Notes under the pieces: generated by a model | Database searches by the model: none | Seen by the model: the letters and a program-made list of their open reading frames with translations, nothing else | What the model was told of the DNA's origin: nothing | Made by a program: the position numbers and the translations under genes | Assembly: GCA_043753995.1 (NCBI GenBank) | Contig: JAYUVP010000272.1 | Location: 1 to 13,541 of the forward strand | Direction: 5' to 3' | Length of the DNA stretch: 13,541 nt | Origin: Fibrobacterota bacterium | GTDB taxonomy: Bacteria; Fibrobacterota; Fibrobacteria; UBA11236 | Shown: in pieces, positions 7,800 to 13,541 of the stretch | How positions within the stretch are numbered: the stretch's first letter is position 1 | Layout of the letters: every line of letters begins with the position of its first letter

Positions 7800-9872
7800 T
7801 CACCCCAGAGCGGCGATTTTCTTCACGGACTCACGGTAACGGGCGAGATACGCTTCTGCGACCTTGACCACATTGTCCGAGGTATAGCCGAACTTTTCGT
7901 CGAGCACTTTGAATGGCGCCGAGGCGCCGAAGCGCTGCATGCCATAAACCTCGCCCAAGGGGCCGACGAGATTGCGCAAGGTGCTGGGTTCGCCTGCCGT
8001 CCAACCCAAGCAGGGCAGGCCGAAAGGAATGACACTGGCGCGATACTCTTCAGTTTGATCGCGGAATAGGCCTTCAGAAGGGGCCGAGACCACGCGCACT
8101 TTAAGACCTTTGGCCTTGAGCTTTTCGCCGCCTTCGACAAGAAGCGAAGCTTCGGAGCCATTGGCGAGTAAAATGAGATCCGGGCGACCTTGGCAATCGC
8201 TCAACACATAGGCGCCCATTTTCACATTGGCTTCGGCATCAGCGAAACGCGTGCTGCCAGCGCGAGCAGGCAAGTCATTCACGGGTTGGCGCGTGAGAAC
8301 CAAGCCAACCGGGCCATGAGCCTCAATGGCCAATTTCCAAGCTATGGTGGTTTCGGCAGCGTCGCCTGGGCGCAAGGCCAGGAAGGAGCGATGGCCTTCG
8401 AGATTGTTCAATCTTTCCAGCAAGCGCAGCTGGGCTTCTTGCTCAATCGGCTCATGCGTCGGTCCATCTTCGCCCACGCGGAAAGCGTCATGCGTCCAGA
8501 TGAAAATGACATGAGTGCTTTGCAAAGCCGCGATGCGCAAAGCGGGCTTTTGATAATCGCTGAAGACGAAAAAGGTGCCGCCCGCGGGAATGACGCCGCC
8601 ATGCAAGGCCATGCCATTCATCAAGGTGGCCATGGTCAATTCAGCCACGCCGGTTTGCAGAAATGCGCCCGAGAAATCGCCTTTGCGGAAAATCTTGGTC
8701 TGCTTTAAATAGCCTTCGGTATAATCGGAGTCGGCCAAGTCGGCGGAGGCGACAATAAGGTTTTCCACCTTGCCTGCGATCCAATGCAGCACTTGCTTGC
8801 TGGCGGTGCGCGTGGCGTCATTGGCTTTTTGCTCGATGGCACTCCAATCGAGCTTGGGCACTTCGCCCTTAATCCACGACGCGAGCTTTTGCGCGAGAGC
8901 CGGATTTTGCGCGGCCCAGGCAGCCTCTTGCTTGCGAGCTTCGGCAACCTTGGCCTTTTTCTCGGCCAAGCATTTGTCCATGGCGGCTTTGACATCAGGG
9001 AAAAGCTGGAAAGGCTTAGCAGGGTCGCCGCCCAAAACTTCAACCGTCTTTTCAAAGCTGGCATTGGTTTTCGAAAGTGGCTTTCCATGCAAATCAGGCA
9101 GGCCTTCATAGGAAGAACCGTCGGCCTTGACCGTGCCCTTACCCATGATGGTTTTGCCGATAATCAAGGTAGGCTTGTCCTTTTCCGCCCAAGCTCGCTT
9201 CAAGGTGGCGCGCATAGCATCAAAGTCATGACCGTTCACGGTTTCGACGCGCCAGCCCCAAGCCTCATATTTCTTGGCCGTGTCTTCGGTCATCGCATCC
9301 TTGGTCATATGCGAGAGCTGCACGTCATTGCTGTCATAGAACATGATGAAATTGCTGAGCCCCAAGTGACCGGCGAGGCGGCCAATGCCTTGCGACACCT
9401 CTTCTTGCACGCCACCATCGCTGATATAGGCAACGGTTTTATGCGACATCCACTCGCCGAAGCGGGCGGCAAGAAAACGCTCGGCAATCGCCGCGCCAGC
9501 CCCCATGGCATGGCCCTGGCCCAAGGGACCCGAGGTATTTTCCAAGCCGCGCTTATTGTCACGTTCAGGATGTCCCGGCGTGGGGCTGTCCCACTGGCGG
9601 AAATTGGCGAGTTCGTCCATGCTATAAGCGCCAAGCGTGGCCAAGGTGCCATACATCATGGCCGACAAATGTCCGGCGTCCTGGAAAAAGCGATCGCGAT
9701 GAAACCAAGCGAGATCTTCCGGGTCATAATTCAAGAACTCGGTGTATACCAAGGCCATGAAATCAGCCCCGCCCATTGGGCCACCGGGATGACCCGATTT
9801 GGCCTTCTCCACCATGGAAACTGCGAAGACTCGAATATTGTCGGCAATGCGCTTAAGAATGGCGTTATCCAA
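7800..9872 (-). CDS. tkt: Transketolase
   Basis: SGHPGG, RDRF..AGH, TPGHPE, TSGPLGQG, ThDP motif SDGGVQE...YDSN, THDAFRVGEDGPTHEP, FGASAP. TTG start with GGGGAG SD. Confidence 0.97.
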   Translation of the reverse strand: MDNAILKRIADNIRVFAVSMVEKAKSGHPGGPMGGADFMALVYTEFLNYDPEDLAWFHRDRFFQDAGHLSAMMYGTLATLGAYSMDELANFRQWDSPTPGHPERDNKRGLENTSGPLGQGHAMGAGAAIAERFLAARFGEWMSHKTVAYISDGGVQEEVSQGIGRLAGHLGLSNFIMFYDSNDVQLSHMTKDAMTEDTAKKYEAWGWRVETVNGHDFDAMRATLKRAWAEKDKPTLIIGKTIMGKGTVKADGSSYEGLPDLHGKPLSKTNASFEKTVEVLGGDPAKPFQLFPDVKAAMDKCLAEKKAKVAEARKQEAAWAAQNPALAQKLASWIKGEVPKLDWSAIEQKANDATRTASKQVLHWIAGKVENLIVASADLADSDYTEGYLKQTKIFRKGDFSGAFLQTGVAELTMATLMNGMALHGGVIPAGGTFFVFSDYQKPALRIAALQSTHVIFIWTHDAFRVGEDGPTHEPIEQEAQLRLLERLNNLEGHRSFLALRPGDAAETTIAWKLAIEAHGPVGLVLTRQPVNDLPARAGSTRFADAEANVKMGAYVLSDCQGRPDLILLANGSEASLLVEGGEKLKAKGLKVRVVSAPSEGLFRDQTEEYRASVIPFGLPCLGWTAGEPSTLRNLVGPLGEVYGMQRFGASAPFKVLDEKFGYTSDNVVKVAEAYLARYRESVKKIAALG

Positions 9873-10456
9873 AGTGAATTCTCCCCTACGAAAATGACCG
9901 GTGACACCACCCTTGTCGGCGCACGGAGCGCTACAACCGAATGGTCGATCCGGAAAATGTGGATGGACGGGACAACTTAGAAAGTGAGTGGCCTTATAAA
10001 GCCTATCCGATGACTAATGGCATACCGTATCAACCTGCAACTCTAGGCCATTTTACTCCCGATGGGTCCATGAAAATGACACAGGTCTCTTAAGTGGGTA
10101 ATCACCTGGTAAAAACCGACTGCCTAATTCGATGAAATTAGGCCTATTTCTGTTTTCATCGCCTGAGAAAAGCATTTCCCCAAAGCGAACACTTTACTTG
10201 GTGCGTTATTTGCGCACCTTTGTGATATGGCTTCCCCCTCTTCAACGCCTCGCTTTCGTGGCTTGGTCGCACGCATGCCGGGATTCAAGTCCTTGGCGGG
10301 TGTCGTGGCCTTTCACCTGCCGGCGGATAGAACCATTCCCAATCCTTTATTGGCACGCTTTCCCCTAGGACGACCGCCCGGACCACGCCTCAATTGGCGG
10401 GAAATTCCCCGGCGCTATCGCCAAAGCATGCCCTCTTCGCATCGAGGCTGACCGAT

Positions 10457-12307
10457 ATGGCAAAGAAAACCAAGGGTTTCCAATTCGGTTACCTGGCTTT
10501 ATCGATATTGGGCATTTTGCTTTTGCATGAAATGATGGTGTCCATGCGTTCGGTGGCCACCCTGCCTTATAGCCAATATCGACAACTTCTTGATTCAGGC
10601 AAGGTCGTGGATGTCGTGGTCGGCCAGGCGAGCATACGCGGCAATTTGAAAGATTCCTTGCCCAGCGGGCAAAAGGAATTCGTGACAGCCCGAGTCGATG
10701 AGCCTGTCGCCGAAATCCTGGAAAAGAAGGGCGTGAAATTTTCGCGCATGCCCGAAAATCATTTTCTCGAAGAGTTAATGGCTTGGGTTTTACCGACCTT
10801 GCTCTTTCTCGGCGTTGGCTTTTTCTTGATGCGGCGCTTGCAAGGCCAGGGCGGCGGTGGCGGTGGCTTTCTCACGGTCGGAAAGAGCAAGGCGCGCATC
10901 TATGCCGAAACCGATATCGGTGTTCGCTTCAAGGATGTGGCCGGAGTGGACGAAGCCAAGGAAGAATTGAAAGAAATCGTCGACTATTTGAAAAATCCTG
11001 CCAATTATGGCCGCCTCGGCGGTCGCATGCCCAAGGGTGTGCTTTTGGTGGGCCCGCCGGGAACGGGAAAAACCATGCTGGCTAAGGCCGTAGCGGGTGA
11101 GGCTAGCGTGCCTTTCTTCTCCATTTCGGGATCCGAATTCGTGGAAATGTTCGTTGGCGTCGGCGCCGCCCGCGTAAGAGATTTGTTTCAGCAGGCCCGA
11201 GGCAAGGCCCCCTGTATTGTCTTTATCGACGAACTCGATGCCTTGGGACGCGCGCGCACCTCCATGGGCGGCATGAGCGGTGGCAATGATGAAAAAGAGC
11301 AAACCTTGAATCAATTGCTGGTAGAGCTTGATGGGTTTGAATCGGGCAAAGGTTTGGTTTTGTTGGGCGCCACAAATCGACCTGAAATTCTCGATCCCGC
11401 CCTTTTACGCGCAGGCCGTTTCGATCGCCAAGTCTTGGTCGATCGCCCCGACAAATTAGGCCGCGAAGCCATACTCAAGGTGCATGCCCAAAAAATCGTC
11501 ATGTCCGAAACCGTGAACCTCCTGGAAGTCGCCTCCTTGACTTCGGGTTTTACCGGCGCTGACCTCGCTAATTTGGTCAATGAGGCCGCGCTTGCGGCCA
11601 CGCGCCGCGACGCCCAAGCGGTGGAAAAAGAAGATTTCAATGTGGCCATTGAGCGCATCATTGCGGGCTTAGAAAAGAAGAGCCGGGTACTGGCCCCCAA
11701 GGAAAAAGAAATCGTCGCCTACCATGAAATGGGCCATGCCCTCGTAGGTGCTTCCCTGCCAGGATCGGGCACGGTCCACAAGGTCAGCATTATTCCTCGT
11801 GGCATTGGCGCCTTAGGCTATACCATTCAAAGGCCTACCGAAGATCGCTTCTTGATGACACGTGACGAATTGACCAATCGCCTCTGCGTGCTGCTCGGCG
11901 GACGCGTGGCCGAGCATTTGAAATTCCATCACTTGAGCACGGGCGCTTCCGATGACTTGTCACGAGCCACCGACATCGCCCGCGGAATGGCAACCCGCTA
12001 TGGCATGGTGGCGGAACTCGGACATGTCACCTATGATAAAGAGCCCAGTGGATATTTAGGTCAAGGCCAGGGACATTCCCGCGACTATAGCGAAAACACC
12101 GCTGGAGCCATTGACGCGGCCATCAAATCCATACTAGACGAAGCCTTTCGCCGCACGGAAGCCATTCTTTCCGCTAATATGATCTTGCTCGAAGAAGGCG
12201 CCAAACAATTGCTGACTCAAGAGACCTTGGTCGAAGAGGAATTACAGTCGCTTTTCACTCGATTGCAGCCCGCTTTGGTTTCGGGCGTCACTCCCGTCGG
12301 AGCTTAG
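10457..12307 (+). CDS. ftsH: ATP-dependent zinc metalloprotease FtsH, 616 aa
   Basis: Two N-terminal TM segments, Walker A GPPGTGKT, pore loop FVG, Walker [33 protein letters not shown] zinc motif. Start ATG 10457 with GAGG 9 nt upstream. Confidence 0.96.
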   Translation: MAKKTKGFQFGYLALSILGILLLHEMMVSMRSVATLPYSQYRQLLDSGKVVDVVVGQASIRGNLKDSLPSGQKEFVTARVDEPVAEILEKKGVKFSRMPENHFLEELMAWVLPTLLFLGVGFFLMRRLQGQGGGGGGFLTVGKSKARIYAETDIGVRFKDVAGVDEAKEELKEIVDYLKNPANYGRLGGRMPKGVLLVGPPGTGKTMLAKAVAGEASVPFFSISGSEFVEMFVGVGAARVRDLFQQARGKAPCIVFIDELDALGRARTSMGGMSGGNDEKEQTLNQLLVELDGFESGKGLVLLGATNRPEILDPALLRAGRFDRQVLVDRPDKLGREAILKVHAQKIVMSETVNLLEVASLTSGFTGADLANLVNEAALAATRRDAQAVEKEDFNVAIERIIAGLEKKSRVLAPKEKEIVAYHEMGHALVGASLPGSGTVHKVSIIPRGIGALGYTIQRPTEDRFLMTRDELTNRLCVLLGGRVAEHLKFHHLSTGASDDLSRATDIARGMATRYGMVAELGHVTYDKEPSGYLGQGQGHSRDYSENTAGAIDAAIKSILDEAFRRTEAILSANMILLEEGAKQLLTQETLVEEELQSLFTRLQPALVSGVTPVGA

Positions 12308-12317
12308 GGCTCCACCC

Positions 12318-13181
12318 TTAGTCCATCGCTTTTCCAAGAGCAGCCTGGCGCTGCTCTTGGCTAAGGCGGCGGCTTAAAGAGCCACTTTGCAAGCCATCGG
12401 GATCGAGCCAGGCTTGCTCAAAGCCAGCGGCATGTAAGCCGGGCTCCAGGGTAGGCCACCCGCCTATGGCTTCAAGTAGCGTCCACTCTTCGCGGGCGAT
12501 TTCCACCCGACCGCCATCGGTTTCGGCACGTACCCGAAATGCCTTAAACCCTTGAGCCGCCAAAAAATCCTCGGCGGCTTCGATGCGCTGAAGCAAGGCT
12601 TCGGTGACCGGCATGCCATGCGGTATGCGACTGCTCAAACAGGGAGAGGCCGGTTTATCCCACAGGGAAAGCCCCATCTCTCTCGCTAATGCCCTCACCG
12701 CCTCCTTGTTCAAGCCCGCTTCTGCCAAGGGTGCGCGGATGCCTCTTTCCCTCGCTGCCTTCATGCCGGGGCGAAAATCACCCGCATCCTCGGTATTGGC
12801 GCCATAGGCCAAATGCGAAAGTGCGTGGGTTTGGGCCACCGACTTTAAATGCGTGAACAAATCGATTTTGCAGTGATAGCAGCGGTCTGCCTCATTGCGA
12901 ACATAAAGGGGATTATCGAATTCTTCCCCACCCTCAATGACCAGGTTCAAGCCTTGGCATTGAGCAAAGGCTTCGGCTTTTTGCTTTTCTCGCCTGGCCA
13001 AGCTGGGAGAGTCTATCAGAACTGACACGACCTTATCCCTCCCCAAAACCCGTGTCGCAGCAACCGCCAGTAGCGACGAATCGACTCCACCAGAATATCC
13101 CACTGCCATGGACCCCATGGGTCGGAGAATTTCCGCCAAGGAAAACCAAATTGCTTGAGACCAAGGCTGTTGCTGACTCAT
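12318..13181 (-). CDS. larE: LarE-family ATP-dependent PP-loop sulfur transferase
   Basis: PP-loop YSGGVDS, N..DRCYHCK, DFRPGMKAA.E.GIRAPL, WDKPASPCLSSRIPHG, FRVR. Confidence 0.92.
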   Translation of the reverse strand: MSQQQPWSQAIWFSLAEILRPMGSMAVGYSGGVDSSLLAVAATRVLGRDKVVSVLIDSPSLARREKQKAEAFAQCQGLNLVIEGGEEFDNPLYVRNEADRCYHCKIDLFTHLKSVAQTHALSHLAYGANTEDAGDFRPGMKAARERGIRAPLAEAGLNKEAVRALAREMGLSLWDKPASPCLSSRIPHGMPVTEALLQRIEAAEDFLAAQGFKAFRVRAETDGGRVEIAREEWTLLEAIGGWPTLEPGLHAAGFEQAWLDPDGLQSGSLSRRLSQEQRQAALGKAMD

Positions 13182-13188
13182 GAAGAGG

Positions 13189-13196
13189 AATATAAT
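13189..13196. promoter_or_regulatory. Overlapping back-to-back -10 boxes (TATAAT on +, TATATT on -), candidate bidirectional promoter
   Basis: Located in the 37 bp gap between divergent ATGs at 13181 (-) and 13219 (+). Confidence 0.5.
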
Positions 13197-13218
13197 TGGG
13201 GGTCAGAAAGGTCGAGCC

Positions 13219-13500
13219 ATGGACGCCACCCTGAAAATGCAGATATTCTTCGCCGCCGTCCTGGTGCTGACCTTGCTTGGGCTTTACATGATAGTCGTGC
13301 GCACCCTCGCGAATTTGGAATATGCCGTCAATCGACTCGAAGATATCGTGACCCGTGAAATTCAAATTCGCCAGCGTTTTCTGAAAAAGCAAAAGGAATT
13401 GGCTTTGAAAGCCCAAGATGGCGACAAAAACGCTCGGAATGAATTGCTGCTCAATATTCCCTTCTTGGAAAAACTGAGCAAGGACAAGAAGAATGCCTGA
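13219..13500 (+). CDS. Hypothetical protein, 93 aa, N-terminal TM helix plus coiled coil
   Basis: ATG 13219 with AAAGG 7 nt upstream; hydrophobic IFFAAVLVLTLLGLYMIVV followed by a charged helical tail. Confidence 0.75.
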   Translation: MDATLKMQIFFAAVLVLTLLGLYMIVVRTLANLEYAVNRLEDIVTREIQIRQRFLKKQKELALKAQDGDKNARNELLLNIPFLEKLSKDKKNA

Positions 13501-13541
13501 GTCCTTTGACCGGCTGAATAGCGAGGCAGGCAAGCTTATTG
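13493..13541 (+). CDS. 5' end of a downstream ORF (MPESFDRLNSEAGKLI...), truncated by the window edge
   Basis: ATG overlaps the upstream stop (ATGCCTGA), AGGA lies 8 nt upstream, and the frame is open to the window end. Not in the ORF track. Confidence 0.5.
   Translation, partial: MPESFDRLNSEAGKLI

Noticed and set aside
1330..9872. pgl plus tkt as a pentose phosphate gene cluster
   Set aside because: About 5.8 kb apart, separated by unrelated genes on both strands and a terminator; no zwf, gnd or tal.
8784..9980. 398 aa ORF antisense to tkt (also 8190..8708)
   Set aside because: Shadow ORF in the antisense frame of a GC-rich, codon-biased gene; no recognisable motifs.
10076..10170. Partial resemblance to a ZTP (pfl) riboswitch: GTGGGTAATCACC, CCGACTGCCT, CGCCTGAG
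   Set aside because: Lacks the 5' GACUGGCG pseudoknot partner and the CGCCUGGG end, and is not upstream of purU.
10160..10200. CTGAGA...CCCC...GAAC resembling a TPP riboswitch
   Set aside because: No CCTGAT/P4-P5 elements, and it is on the wrong strand for tkt.
10277..10302. TTCAAGTCC resembling a tRNA T-loop
   Set aside because: T-stem is mismatched, and no D-arm, anticodon arm or CCA can be built.
10132..10368. 78 aa intergenic ORF
   Set aside because: No SD, atypical Trp/Pro-rich composition, and it overlaps the inverted repeats; not supportable as a gene.
9873..10456. CIRCE (HrcA) element upstream of ftsH
   Set aside because: No TTAGCACTC-N9-GAGTGCTAA match seen.
13033..13533. 166 aa - strand ORF
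   Set aside because: Antisense to the better-supported 13219..13500 gene and overlaps larE out of frame.
1..13541. CRISPR array, IS/transposase, integrase, prophage, toxin-antitoxin or defence system
   Set aside because: No spaced repeats, terminal inverted repeats or relevant protein motifs were seen.

Overview
A gene-dense bacterial chromosomal window of mostly unlinked housekeeping genes on alternating strands. In order: a small hypothetical protein, a DsbA-family lipoprotein, pgl, a small membrane protein, an ArsC/Spx-family protein, a delta-9-type acyl-CoA desaturase, an SGNH hydrolase, a DUF1456/YehS protein, a transglutaminase-like plus TPR lipoprotein, purU, tkt, ftsH, larE, a small membrane-anchored coiled-coil protein, and the start of a further ORF. 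I see no mobile element, CRISPR array, tRNA/rRNA or defence system, and no coherent new multi-gene system that I can support. The best leads are: (i) a lipoprotein with an apparently intact Cys-His-Glu transglutaminase-like triad plus TPRs; (ii) an FtsH resembling the stress-island FtsH2 clade but outside any island; (iii) a stand-alone LarE with a CxxC...C cluster motif, behind a probable bidirectional, leaderless promoter; (iv) a ~580 bp tkt-ftsH intergenic region with overlapping inverted repeats and a strand-specific leader hairpin. The tkt looks Bacteroidota/Fibrobacterota-like, which suggests an FCB-group host (inference only). All family assignments come from motif recognition, not database searches.
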